DNA of 63,866 nucleotides, counting the filler, from Cercozoa sp. M6MM (taxonomy: Eukaryota > Protista > Endomyxa: Ascetosporea), in the NCBI GenBank assembly GCA_040357565.1. It is 11 parts of 11 records of this genome, joined end to end, with 100 filler letters (N's around TTAATTAATTAA, not from the genome) between each part and the next. Parts side by side here need not be neighbours in the genome. Positions count along the whole stretch, not along the records: positions 11,832 to 16,819 come from JBDODJ010001001.1; positions 16,920 to 21,912 come from JBDODJ010001000.1; positions 22,013 to 29,407 come from JBDODJ010000629.1; 8 more parts are not named here. The stretch is one strand, 5' to 3'. The translations under genes were made by a program, and so were the position numbers. Positions 13,499-26,600 of the stretch are shown piece after piece. Under the pieces are notes generated by a model, which did no database searches, was not told where the DNA came from, and saw nothing but the letters and a program-made list of their open reading frames with translations. Within the stretch, counting starts at the first letter, position 1; each line of letters starts with the position of its first letter.

Positions 13499-15350
13499 TT
13501 AGCGTCGCTGCTGCTCAAGCGTGAGTCGGTCGACGTCGCGAATGATCTGCCGGTCGAGCGACGGCTGCTGAGTCGTGTCTTGGTAGCCGTAGCTGCCCTG
13601 CGTCTGCCGCGTGCCGCCCTGGTGCACCGAGCGGCCCACGACGGTCGAGCGGTCCTGCAGGCCCGTGAGCGAGGACCTGTCACACCGTCCATCGTATCAG
13701 TACCAGTCGGAGGAAGGGTGCAAATGAAGGGAGCAATAACATCGACAAAGGGCAAGGTACATGGAGCTGTCGGACTGATAGCCGTAGCTGCCCATGGTCT
13801 GGCGCGACGGCACGTAGACGCGCTTCTGCTCCTCCGAGAAGGTGCGCTTGTTCTCCTGCGCCAGACGCACGTCACCCAGGTACGGACCTGTCCGCACACA
13901 CATACACAACTATCTTATCCGTAGATATACATATATATATATATATATATACTATCTATGTGTACATACATAGCACCATAGATAAAGTGTCAGTACCGTT
14001 GAAGGAGGCGACCTTGGCGCGCGCCAGTGCCGACAGCGAGAACAGCTGGTCCACCACGAGGCCGAGGTTGTCGCCTTCGAACAGGTCCTGCGTCACGAAG
14101 CAGTCCGTGTCGCGCATGCCCAGTGCCTGTGCAGGTGGGTACGGGGGTAGGTGCAGGTGGGTACGGGGGTAGGTAGGTGGTTAGGGTAGGGTAGGGTAGG
14201 GGCAGGGTAGGGTAGGGGCAGGGTAGGGCAGGGAGTAAGGAACACACCTTGCACGCATTGAGGTAGGCGACGATGTTCTCACGCTGCATGAAGGCCATGC
14301 GACTCGTGCTAATCTTGCGCACACTGCCGGCCTTGATGGTGTTGATCAGCTTGCACAGCAGCACGCCCGACTTGAGCGACGCGTGGAAGTCCTCCACTGG
14401 CTCGCCTGGGAACAGGAGAGGGGGGTAAGGTGTGGGGGGATGGGGAAAGGCACAACAGAGAGGATACCGGTGATGTCGGCGATCCACTGCGCGGCCTGTT
14501 GCTCGCGACCGACGTCGTACTTGGCCGCCTTCTTGCGCTCCAACTGTCCCCAAACACAAACTGCGTCTGCCCACCCCAAGCGCTCCTATAACAGAAAGCG
14601 ACCCACCTCAGCATCAAGGCCGTAGCTGTACTTCTCCTTGTTGCGGTTGGCCGCGTTGCCTATGCAGGGCATACACAAGTAGTCTCCCGTCATGTACCCC
14701 TCAAATCAAGTGTACCGCCAGTGGTCATGCCCGAGTTGACACTGCTGCCGTCGACCGAACGCACCTCGGTCACAAACACACCTGGGTCAGGGGGGGGGGG
14801 GTACAGAACTAAAGAACTAAAGGTAAAAGGGGTCGAGTTGATTACCATCACGCTTCGGTTTGGACTCAGCAGTGCGCGACACCGACGGCGCCGAGCGGGC
14901 AGCGGAAGCACCCTGCGCACACAGACACCGGTAAGCTGACCTCCTTTGGCCTCCTCGTCCGAGGTACGCAACACGCACCGACAGTGAGCGCACGGACGAG
15001 GACGAGCCAGTGCGGTGCGCCGGCGTGCGCGAGATCGACGAGGCCGACTGCTTTCACACAAGCAGTTTAGGGGGAGGGATAAGAAACGGCTAAAGGAAAA
15101 TCAACAGGCAAGGCGACATACCGAAACCGGCTTCTTGGGAGCCACCGGCTTGGGCGCCGGGGTCGGCTTGGCCGCAGCACCAGCAGCAGGGGCAGGCGAC
15201 GTGCCCGTCACAATCGGACTGCCGCAGTTCGTGCAGAACTTGCCCGTTTGGTTCGGGGCACCACATTGCGAGCAGAACACCTGCGCAAGCCACATGCATT
15301 CGACTTTTGGACAAAGCAGGCACGTTTCTCAAAAGGAGGAAACCCACCAT
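13499..15350 (-). CDS. Calponin/transgelin-like CH-domain protein with N-terminal zinc ribbon
   Basis: ATG-only first coding exon; FCSQCG...FCTNCG; YGLDAELERKKAAKYD; LKSGVLLCKLINTI; FVTQDLFEGDN. Confidence 0.9.
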
Positions 15351-15785
15351 TATTATCTGTTTTCGGTTTCTTCCCTTTGTTTACACTACAAACTGAGTCC
15401 GGAAGCTGTACAAGCCTCTGGAACGATAGAACAATGCAGTTGAAGCGTGCGTAGCGTCTGGCGAACGTTTTAGCGGGTCTGGCGCGTGCAGAAGCTCGGC
15501 TCTCTGCTGAGCCGATTTTGAGCCCTTTTCTGATCATCTTCTTCCTGAGTTGTTCGTTGTTTTTGTCCTGCTAATGGGCTAATATTTTATTATACTGTGC
15601 CGAGTACTTTTAAATCGTCTGAGACAGAAGATATTTGATACAGCATTTCCAACTCAAAAAAATAAAGCAAATCACAACACCGCTCCGAGTAGCTAGAACG
15701 GTGTCACGTGTGACTTTAGTGCGGTTAAAACCGATTTTCGGCCTCCAACTGGCTGTTTGTTGTGTTTGACCAAAGAAAGCCAGCC

Positions 15786-16805
15786 ATGTCGGACGCCAAG
15801 AAGCGGCGCGACTTCTCGGCGCGCGACATCGAGCGTGCTCGGTGCGGCTAGTCGTGTTTCTGTTGGACAAGTGGACCCACCTGTGTGAAGGCATGTCTTG
15901 ATACGCGTCGATGTGTGTGTGCAGACAGCTGTCGCGCCGGCAGTACCTGTCGGACCGCGAGGTGTCTGAGATGGAGCTGCTGCGTCGTCGTATCAAGGCC
16001 GAGGAGGTGCGTTTCTCTGCACACAGACAGGGTGGGTCGGGGAGGTACTGGGGAAGGTACTGTTCGGGAGGCACCCCTTGCTGTTTGTGCAGGAGCGTTT
16101 CGGCACGGAGCAGCGCACGCTGCGCGAGATTGCGCAGCTCGAGAAAGACAAGGAACTGCTGCAGCGACTCGAGCGGCGGCATCAGCTGCGTCGTGACACT
16201 GGGGGTAACTCAGGTGATAGGGGGTAAAGGAGGGAGGGTAAGGTATCTCACTGTATGATCTAACACCTCGTAGGACGTCGGTATGTCATGGGACACGACG
16301 AGGAGATTGTACTACTCTGTACAGTGGGGGGGGGGGCAAGGGGGCAAGACACGGTGTCTGTGTATAGAGCGAAGCACAGCGACGCGCACAGGAGACCGAA
16401 ACCGAATTCGCATCCAGGTACCTCTTTCTGTTTATGTATATATGTATGTATGTCTGGTATGTATGTATGGTATGTATGTATGATGTATGGATGTATGTAT
16501 GTATGTCTGTCTGTCTGTCTGTTTGTCTGTATGGATGTATGTATGTATGTATCTACGCATCGATATGTATCTATGTATCTCCGCATCTGTATGTGTTGTG
16601 TAGATACGCACAAGCTGCGGCAGAGGAGGGCGAGTGGGACGATCTCGACGCGCAGCGTTCCTTCCCCTTCTTCCCGCTTTACCCTGTCGTTTACTCCCCT
16701 CGCTTACCCCTCCCCCCACCCCCTCAGGTGTCTGGGAGAAAGGCATCAGCGAACGTGTTGGCGATCGCGAGCAGCGCAAGCGTCGGCAGAAGTACATCGA
16801 CAAGG
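15786..16805 (+). CDS. DHX16: Pre-mRNA splicing helicase DHX16/Prp2 N-terminal region, 3' partial
   Basis: RQLSRRQYLSDRE..ELLRRRIKAEEERFG...QRVWE resembles the DHX16 SRREYL...DEEFLF...QRRWE segment; helicase core is off the contig. Confidence 0.72.
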
Positions 16806-16919
16806 GTAGCCCCCCCCCCNNNNNNNNNNNNNNNNNNNNNNNNNNNNNNNNNNNNNNNNNNNNTTAATTAATTAANNNNNNNNNNNNNNNNNNNNNNNNN
16901 NNNNNNNNNNNNNNNNNNN

Positions 16920-16967
<48 letters not shown>

Positions 16968-16978
16968 AGACAGCGTAC

Positions 16979-18176
16979 AGTGACGATGCAGCGTGCACAC
17001 TGAAACAGCGACTTCATGCGCAAGCTGGGAAAGTCGACGTGCTTGATCCGGTCCTCGTCGAAGGCCTTCTTGGTGTCAACGACGATGTTAGGACGGAAAC
17101 GACCCATCACCACTTGCGTTTCCTGCAGAATATACCGAGTATAGACCGATTGGTACTGAGAGGAAAAGTTAAGATAAACAGGTGTCAATCTCTCGGGTGG
17201 GCTGTGTGTACATTGTGCTGCGAAAGGTCGCGATTGACGGCACGAAGTGAAGCTGTGTTGGCCAGCAGCAGAGCACACGCGTCGGCGAACCGCGTCTGTC
17301 GGTCGTGCTCCCTGTCCGGCACATGTCGGATCAGACGCGCCTAATGTGTCCGCACAACAATCCGAGACAGTGTCCAAGTTCAGTTTTAGTTAAGGCTGCG
17401 ACAAAGATAGTACCGGCTGACCGAGGTGCGTCGTGAGGAAGTCGGCAACAGCGTCGCCGCAGTCGAGTCCGCGGACAGGCGTGCGGAACACCTTGCTGTG
17501 CACCTCCTGGTTCGACGGGGCACTGTTGTTGCCGGCACACAGAGGTACTTGCACACTGTCTCCCTCCTTGCTCAGCTATACTTGTGTGTGTGTGTGTGCG
17601 TGTGTATGCGTGTACATATACTCATCCCCCTGGTCCCTTTAATACAAACCAAGTGGGTACAATGAGATGAGTCTCAGTGACGGCAGTGTCGATCGTTGCC
17701 AGGTTCGGACAGTTGCGTTGCGTCAAAAAGCCCTGCCAAAAAGAAAGAAAGCGAGGACGGATAGACCAGGAGAAATCCGTGTTACACAGGCGTTGGTAAG
17801 TTTACACTCGTTTCGGCACAGACGGCCATGAAGTGGCGGTCGTACTGCAGACCGCGCGGAGTCACCAGCCACGTGTCCAACTTGATGCCTGTCTCGAGAG
17901 AGAATGCACAGTCAGGTAGACTCATGGGATCAGATGAAACTAATGAAGTGCCTCGGGCTCCCTTGACCGGGTACAAGTGCATCTCGTCGATTCGCACACG
18001 CTTCTCAGTGACCTATCACGCCAGGGTGGTGCCCAGGTCTCTCAGCCCCTCCCCCTGCGTTTCTCTACCTTGAATTGTCTCCACAAGTAGTACGCACTGG
18101 CAATTCCCAGCACACCGAGTACGCATGGCATGGCACGCGTCAGCAACGGGCACTTTGCGCCTGCTTCCTGCGGCAT
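16979..18176 (-). CDS. MOSC-domain protein (mARC-like), 3' partial
   Basis: N-terminal TM; LYPVKGARG, GLQYDRHFM, FLTQR, RFRPNIVV, DED, CARC motifs. Confidence 0.92.
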
Positions 18177-18451
18177 GTTCGTTCGGCTTGTTCCTGTTTC
18201 CTGCGCACGTGCAAACTGACATTTCGGTCCGTCGCAGGAGTTCATCACTGCGACACAAATCAGCAGAAATTACAGCAATGTGAATCTACACGCCGATATA
18301 GTGGTTATTGAAGGATTTCGATGCTTTACTCGGAAAAACGCGGCCGAGCCCAGTTTTGGCCAGCAGATGATCATCAGCCATGCTCACGATCGCCAGAGAA
18401 AGACGTACTGTACGTTGTTCTGGCTGATTTGGTTTCCTGGTGTTGTGTATC

Positions 18452-19503
18452 ATGTCAGCCGTGGATACGGATTTGCAGTCTTGCCTTGAGGTGCGTGCAC
18501 CTCGACGTGATTTATTATTGTTGCTGTTTGTGGCGACTGTTTGCTTGTTCTTGTTGTTGCCCAGCTGTCAGTGCAAGCCTCCGACCTGCCGGACAAGGAC
18601 GCGCTCAGCAAATCCGATGGTTTCGTGGTGGTGGAACTGAAGGAAGGCAGCGGCGCATTTGTCGAAGTTGTATCTGAAGTCTTTAGCTGAAGCTCATTTT
18701 CCCTGTGGTGTGTTGTTCTTGTTTGACTGAGTTTCATTGAACAGAGCAGAACGGAGACAGTGTTTGACGCGCATCATCCTCGCTTTGCGCGCTCCTTTGA
18801 CATTGTGTTCAAGTTTGAGACGGCGCAGGTGACTTAACCTCACGTGTGTTGGGTATATGAAGGAAAGCTGAGTTGCTTGTGCAGAAACTGAAGTTCTCTC
18901 TGTACGACAATGACTGCAAAGGCAGTGACGACCTGACAAAGCACACCCTGCTGGGAACCGTATCTTACTCCTCTATCAACTTGCAGTGTTCTCTGGATCT
19001 AGCTGGTGGGACTGTGGCTTGAATGAGCAGTGCGAGTGCAGTGTGGCCCGACTGGTGAATGCACGCAATATGACACTGACCGAACCCGTTGGTATCATTA
19101 AGTTCAAATTTATACTTGCGGGAGCGTTATGCCTTTGGAAACAGAGGCTTCCAACGGCAAGACTCCGCGCAACAAGAAGAGCAAGAAACAGACCACTCTC
19201 ACGCTGCGTGCTGAGGTAGTTTGTGTCTGCACTCAGAGTGTAGTTTGTCTCGATGCACGCTGTTGTAGGAGCGTGCCGCCAACAATGACACTGTGTACTT
19301 CGATATGAGTGCTTCAAAACTACCTAAGATGGACATTGTAATATCACCGTCTTCGCTTTCACCCTTGGTTTGTCACTCTGACACTGTCTGACTGAATAGC
19401 TCTCGCACGCTGACCCGTACGTTGAAATCGCGCGTGCCCTGGAAGACGGGTCCTGGCAGCCGGTGCACAAAACCGAGGTTTCTCTCTCTCTCTCTCTCTC
19501 GCG

Positions 19504-19554
<51 letters not shown>

Positions 19555-19564
19555 NNNNNNNNNN

Positions 19565-19622
<58 letters not shown>

Positions 19623-21710
19623 TTGGCTTTAGGCAACAACTGAACACAGAAGGACTGAACACAGAAGGTGTGTGTGTGTGTGTGTTCAGATCATCAAGCG
19701 CAAGAAGTCGCCAGTTTGGAAACCCGTACCCTCACTTGCCTGCTTCCTCTGTAATGTGAGAACACTCCGATTCCGCTTGTGTGTTTACGCAGTTCACCAT
19801 CTCTCTCCAGAAGCTGTGCAACGGTAGCTTTGTTGCTGGGAGAGAGAGAGAGAGTGTGTGTGCGTGTGTGTATGTGAAACACAATCATTGACTAAACTTG
19901 GCTCAGCGGACATTCACCGCCCGCTGCTGTTGCGCGTGTGGGACTGGGACTCTGGTGAGTGCTGAAGCTTCTCTTGTCTTGCTTGTCCGCTCCCCGAGGG
20001 TTGTTCAAGCAAGACTTGTGTCGATACAGATGGCCGACACGACCTGATTGGCGAGTTGCAGCTGCCGTTGGCTGACCTCATCGATCGCAGTCAGGTGTTG
20101 CAACCTTGCTCGGTCCGTGATGTTCGTGTGTGTGTGTGCGTGTGTGTGTCATGTACAGTGTGTTCGTGTCGTATATGTCATGTATGTCAGTAGGTGGAGA
20201 CTGCACACACGACGCGACATGAGTTGGAACGCTTCGCCAACCGCGGCACGCGCAAGGTGCTTCCTCCTCTTTGCCCCAAGCTCTGCCTGTAGTACACTCC
20301 TTCTGGTACCTCGACACAGGCGAATAAACGGTACGGCACACTGCAAGTCCGAGCGCGTATCGAAGTGTGCACGCACTCGAACAACTTCCTTGACTACATC
20401 CGAGGTAGCAACCGTGTCTTTCAGTGACACTGCTAAGGGAGGTGTCTTTGATGATCCCAACTTGTACAGGAGGTGTCAAGATCGCACTGTGTGCTGCCGT
20501 TGACTGTACTCTTTACAACTACTCAGCGGGAGGGGTTGAACTGATGACTCGATGGCTACAGTCACGGCGAGCAACGGCGACCCAACGAACCCGACGTCGC
20601 TGCACCACTTCAGTGCACAGGGCCACAACCAGTACTCGGAGGCACTGGCCACCATCGGTCAGATCCTGTCGCCTTACGACTCCGACGGCTCCATTGTACT
20701 CATCTATATCCCACCATCAGCATTGATTTGAGACTGTGCACATTGACTCATGCATGTGTGTGACAGGCAGCCTGGGGTTTTGGTGCGCGTCTCATGAGCG
20801 GGCGCAAGAGAGGCCAGGTGTCGCACTGCTTCCCTCTAAACGACAACGACATGCAGCCCGAGGTCGCTGGTATAAAACTGCTGCTGACCCTCACCCTGTG
20901 CCTAGTTGTCTTGCTTGCTGTTTGCATGCTGTCCTGCTGTGTCTGTCAGGTGTGCCCGGTCTGCTCGATGCCTATCGTGAGACGTTCAAACGGGTACTCC
21001 CTCCTGTGTGCATGCTATGTTGTTGTGCCTATACACAATACAAGTGCATGTTGGTCGGCAGATTCGTCTGTCTGGCCCAACGAACTTCTCGTCAGTCCTG
21101 GACAGTGTTATCAAAATCGCCAGCACTCCCTACACGGACTGCATGCGCCGTACAAGCACTTAGGAATATTCAGGCTGCCCTGGACTACACTGACTGAACT
21201 GATGTTGTGTGTGTTGCAGACTACACTGTGCTGCTGATTCTGACTGACGGTTTGATCTGTGACATGGAGCAAACAGTCGAACGACTCGTCACCGGATCCA
21301 ACGTAAGTTTGAGTGAGTGAACTTGCAACCCTTCTGTAAATTTTACAATGAATCAGTTGCCGCTTTCGATCGTTATTGTTGGTGTCGGCGATGCCGACTT
21401 CTCTGGTGACCTTGCTGAGTTTCTGTTGTAGCAGAAACTGATTGACTATCTGACGTGTCGTTGTTGTGCCCAGGTATGGAAGCTTTGGACGGCGACGACG
21501 GCGTTCTCACCGACCGCAAGGGCCGTCGTGCTGCTCGTGACATTGTGCAGTTCGTTCCCTACAACTCTGTGGTACTACGTCCGCGCGCTCATCGGAATAC
21601 CCGATTTTCTTTATCTGTATTTTCCTGTATCCCTTTATTTTTTCTTGGGATTTTCCTTCGTCGTGCAGAACAGCGATTCTTGGGAGCTCGCGCGTGTCAC
21701 TTTGCAAGAG
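18452..21710 (+). CDS. CPNE: Copine (C2-C2-vWA), 3' partial
   Basis: DLPDKDALSKSD, FKFETAQKLKFSLYD, DPYVEI, VWDWD, FLDYIRGG, SNGDP, SGPTNF, LILTDG, DGDD, RDIVQFVP. Confidence 0.95.
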
Positions 21711-21752
21711 GTGCTCTCTCTATCTTTTGGCACATGAAGACACATTCTTGAG

Positions 21753-21912
<160 letters not shown>

Positions 21913-22012
21913 NNNNNNNNNNNNNNNNNNNNNNNNNNNNNNNNNNNNNNNNNNNNTTAATTAATTAANNNNNNNNNNNNNNNNNNNNNNNNNNNNNNNN
22001 NNNNNNNNNNNN

Positions 22013-22043
<31 letters not shown>

Positions 22044-22067
22044 GGGGGGGGGGGTAAACGGCAGTAC

Positions 22068-22920
22068 GTGTTGTTGAGACGCTCACGCACGTCGAACTGA
22101 ATCACGTGTGTCAGCGGCAGCTCCGGCATGGCCTGGGGGAGGGGATAAAGGGAGTGGGTGGATAGGGATAAAGGAGGCAAGGGAGCTACCTTCTTGGCCT
22201 GCACGAGCTTCTTGATGCCCTGCTTGCTGGTGCAGACGACCTTGAGCTCGGCGTGACTGAGGATGTATTCGATGGCGTCGGGCGACAGCGTGTCGTACAG
22301 AGCGACGGTGCGCAACTTCTGCGTGGCGTTGGCCAGGTTGGTCACGGTCCACTCCACGCGGTTCTTGGCGTAGATGCCGACGCAGTCGTTCTCGCCGAGC
22401 GACGGCACGCATTCCAGCAGACCGCGGCCCACACTGCAAGTAGGAACCGGAGGGTAGGGGGTAAGGTAGGGATAAGGGTAGCGACAGGTAGGGGTAAGTA
22501 GGAGGTACGCCTCGGCCTCGTCCTTCATCTCGCCGACCGTGTAGTAGACGTAGTCGCCGCGCGAGCCGTCGTCCTTGTAGTAGCGCGTGCCGAGGAAGTC
22601 ATCGTCGGCGCCCTCAGCCGCCGAGGCGCACATCAGCTCGTACACCCTGCAAACAACACATGCATACAACACATGCGCACAGAGTCTTAAGGACTGTAAA
22701 AGCAAGGAAGGCAGTACGTGTAGCACTCGCGGCCGTTGATGGTCGGGAAGGCCAGCAATTGCTCGGGACTGCTCGTGGTGCGGTACGTCTCCGTGCAGTC
22801 GGGCTTCTCCTGCTTCGAGGCATCGCGACCCACCGTCGTAGTCTGCGCATCGCGCTTCGCGAAGAGCTGCGCGCGGTAGTCGAACGGCGCCGAGTGTCCT
22901 GTGGAAGCGCAGATGCCCAT
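22068..22920 (-). CDS. ACSL: Long-chain acyl-CoA synthetase N-terminal part, 3' partial
   Basis: FLGTR, VGIYAKNRVEW, VALYDTLSPDAIEYILSHAEL. Confidence 0.92.
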
Positions 22921-23651
22921 AATGTTATCGCTCTCTTTCGCAATTTTGGTGCCGCGCTGTAGCAATCCAACGCTAGGCCCACACGGACTGAGAAAAAGTT
23001 GCTAGCTGTGGCCAACACACTGTCCTACAGGTCCGAAACGCCCCAAAGTGCCTTGATCTCACTGGCAAAAGCTGCGGCACGGTTGAGCCCCGACTCGCGA
23101 GATCCTGATCGGGAACCGATCGATCCCACAGCGCAACGAGCAGACCTCGCGATCAAGCGCGACCTCGACCATTTGACAAGCGGGTCAGCGCAAGATCACT
23201 CCAAACCACCATCATCAAACACACCGCAAGGCCCAACCAGCGAAAGCAGAGCCCAAATTAGCGAAAACTGACGGGAGAATTCAACACTTGGCTTTTGATC
23301 GCCCAGTCACAGCCAGTCACCCAAAAGAATCAGTGGCTTGCAAAACAGCACTAAAAGCAGCTGTTCATCATACAGCGAGCTGCAACACAGCCGTCTCGAG
23401 GGCGCTCGCACCTCGGGCGGCACCCAGGAGCCACTTGCAGCAAAATCGCAACAGCCAGCCCAGTGACAAAACAGCAGTTACCAGCTCCCATGACGTTTTT
23501 GCACTAAAGTTAACACCCAGCAGTTACCAGGATTGGTGCTCAAGCGGTTTCGGTTCGTGACTGCAACAAGCAGCACTCACGAAAAATAAACAAAAAATAG
23601 TTCTTTGTCGATCGCCCTGGATCTCGTCACGCCCGGTCTAACGGCGTTAGT

Positions 23652-26600
23652 ATGCACAGAGGGCTTATTGTGCTGCTCGCACTGCTTGTGAGGTACAGTA
23701 AACCCCGAGATCAGTTCAAGTTTTTGCAAATTCGGGGCCTATCGCGCCCGCCGGCTTCGTGTTGCATCTGCTGCAAACGATGAGAAGGCTCCTGTATTCT
23801 CGGTGAGTTGATTTGCTTTGTTGTCAGCACTTGCACGGCCGTTGACCACAAGCGGTTCCGCACGTGGCAGCAAACCGCGTTCGCAAGGAGACAGCGTGCA
23901 CCACAGAGCGAGCTTTGGCAGCAGGTAGGGTCGTCGTACACCAACTGTGTTCCTATGCGAAAACAGAAGCTTTGGGTGACAGGTGCATTACGAGTGGCAA
24001 GAGGATGCAAGCAGCGTGTCTGCCGAAGGCTTGAGCGGCGTGTTGCAGCCGGTGGCGAGTACGCCTGAGGTGCTGGAGCGACTGGGTATCGAAGGCGTTT
24101 CAGTCAAAGTGACAAACTTGCACGGTGTGCTTCGCGTGCTTTTCGATGAGTTACCTGCCGCTAGTGGGTACTCCTTGTGCCTGCTTTTCAATTGAGTTCT
24201 TGTGCACTGTCTGTTTGAGAAGGGAAGCAAAGCGAAAGCGATTCCGGGTGCCCGGTGTCATCAACGAGGAGCTTTCGACTCCAGCTCGAATGCAGCAGCG
24301 TCCCAGTGGTTCTTTTCGTTTACAGTGACGTTGTTTACCAACAAACTCGCACTGACTGCACAGGATTCGAACTCGAGTTGGACGACTCTGTGACTGCGTT
24401 CGTCAAGACAACAGGCAGCTTTGAGTTGCAGGTACAGTTCCTCGCGCTTAAAGCAAGGTAGCTCAGTTCGAGCGACGCTAACTTTGGCACAGTTGTTGCG
24501 CAACGGCGATGTCGTAACGAGTGTCAACACGCGTGATCTACTGATGTTCGAGTCGACACGAGCACGACTGGCGCACGATGATGTCGACATGTGGCAGGAG
24601 CACTTTGACAAGCACACTGTGCAGCATCGGTATTTTTGTTTTGGCTCTGTCTTGCTTTGTTCTTTCAGATTGCCTCGTGGCTTCAGTTTCGGTCCGCAGT
24701 CCGTCGGTGTTGACGTGTCATTTCACGATGCGGAACAGTAGTTTTGTTTCGTTAACTTGTGGTGCAAGGATTGTTGGTAGGTGCTTCTGTTTTCCTTCCG
24801 GGCAGTGTGTACGGACTGCCCGAGCACGCGTCGTCGTTTGCTCTAAAGGACACGTTCAAGGAGTACCAGGAGCCCTTCCGACTCTACAATCTGGACGTGT
24901 TTGAGTACGAACTCGACTCGCCAATGGCTATCTATGGTACCTTCAGTGTGTAGGGGAAGGGGTAAACACAGCTTGCTTTTGCTACAGGCGCCGTGCCGTT
25001 GGTGCTGGCGCCGTCTTCATCGTCGGTCGAAGCGGCACTGTGGCTTAATGCTGCTGAAACCTTTGTAGACATTGATTGTACACATTGATTGTACACATTG
25101 ATTGATTGTACACACTGTCTCGAGGCGTGTTTAAGGGATATTTAAGGGTGCGATAAGGGCGATTTAAGGGTGCATGTCTGTCAGACCGGGAGGACGACGT
25201 GTCGGTGCACTGGATGAGCGAAACTGGCGTCGGCGAACTCTTGTTGTGGTCGGCCGCGACGCCTGCCGAAAGTGCCCATGTGCTCGCCGAACTCACGTGC
25301 TTTTACCCTTGCCCCCTAACCCCTCTTAGCCCTGCCCCTATCCATTCCCTTACCCTACCTCCTCCCTTAGCGGCTACCCGTACCTGCCGCCGTTGTTTGC
25401 GTTGGCGTACCACCAGTGCCGGTGGAACTACAACTCGCACGAGGACGTGCGCCAGGTGACACAGGGCTTTGACCAACACGCGATTCCGTTCGACGTGCTG
25501 TGGCTCGATATCGAGCACACCAATGGTATGGCCATGCCTTTCTATCAAACTACATGTCTAGCTATATGTGCCAAAGTATAGAGCTGTATCTGTATATGCA
25601 TGTGTATTTCTGTATCAATATATATCTGTGTTTATATATATCCGGTAGGCAAGCGGTACTTTACGTGGGACGAGCGGCACTTTGGCGAGCCGGCACGCAT
25701 GCAACAGGAGCTGGGCGCACAAGGCGAGCGACGCATGGTGGCCATCGCCGACCCGCACATCAAGGTGGACGCGCACTGGTCGCTGTACCAGGAGGCACAA
25801 GAGGTGCTGGTGCGCAACGCCGACGGCAGCGAGTTCCGCGGACAGTGCTGGCCGGGTCAGTCGGCCTACTTAGACTTGCTGCTGCCCGAGGCACGTGACC
25901 TGTGGGCTAGGCAGTTTGATCTCAATACGGTGAGTCTCACTTGCACCGTCTCACTTGCACCGTCTCACTTGCAGCTATGCCGTGCCACGTGTCTCCAGTC
26001 TATCAGTACTGTGTGAGCAGTATCAAGGCGCCACACCGTGGCTCTTCACGTGGAATGACATGAACGAACCTTCCGTCTTTAGTGGACCCGAACTCACGAT
26101 GCCCAAGGACGCGACGCATCTGCATGGCACGCTGGAACACCGCGAAGTGCACCAGTTGTACCCGTCCCCTTACCCCCCCCCCCTGTTACCTCGACATTAT
26201 ACCCGCATTTCTGTCGCACTTATCCCCATAGTCCCTGTTATGCCCGCATATAATCTTGATGTCCACCCCTTGGTAGGTACGGGCAGCTGCACCACGGAGC
26301 GACGTTTGCGGGTCTGTCGAAGCGGCCGATGGCGGCGGAGCTGGGCTATGAGGAGTCGGCGCGTGCGCGGCCGTTTGTACTGACGCGGAGTTTCTTCGCG
26401 GGGTCGCAGCGCACGGCGGCCGTGTGGACGGGCGACAACAAGGCCGAGTGGTCGCACCTGGCGGCAGCAGTGCCGATGCTGCTGTCGCTCTCGGTGGCCG
26501 GTATCTCCTTTGTCGGCGCCGACGTTGGCGGCTTCTTTGGCGACCCGTCGCCCGAATTACTACTGCGCTGGTATCAGGTACGGTTGCCAGCTTAATTATT

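Noticed and set aside
23000-23560. TGATGA...CTGA pairs on the minus strand upstream of ACSL
   Set aside because: No convincing rRNA complementarity or terminal stem; likely a 5' UTR intron
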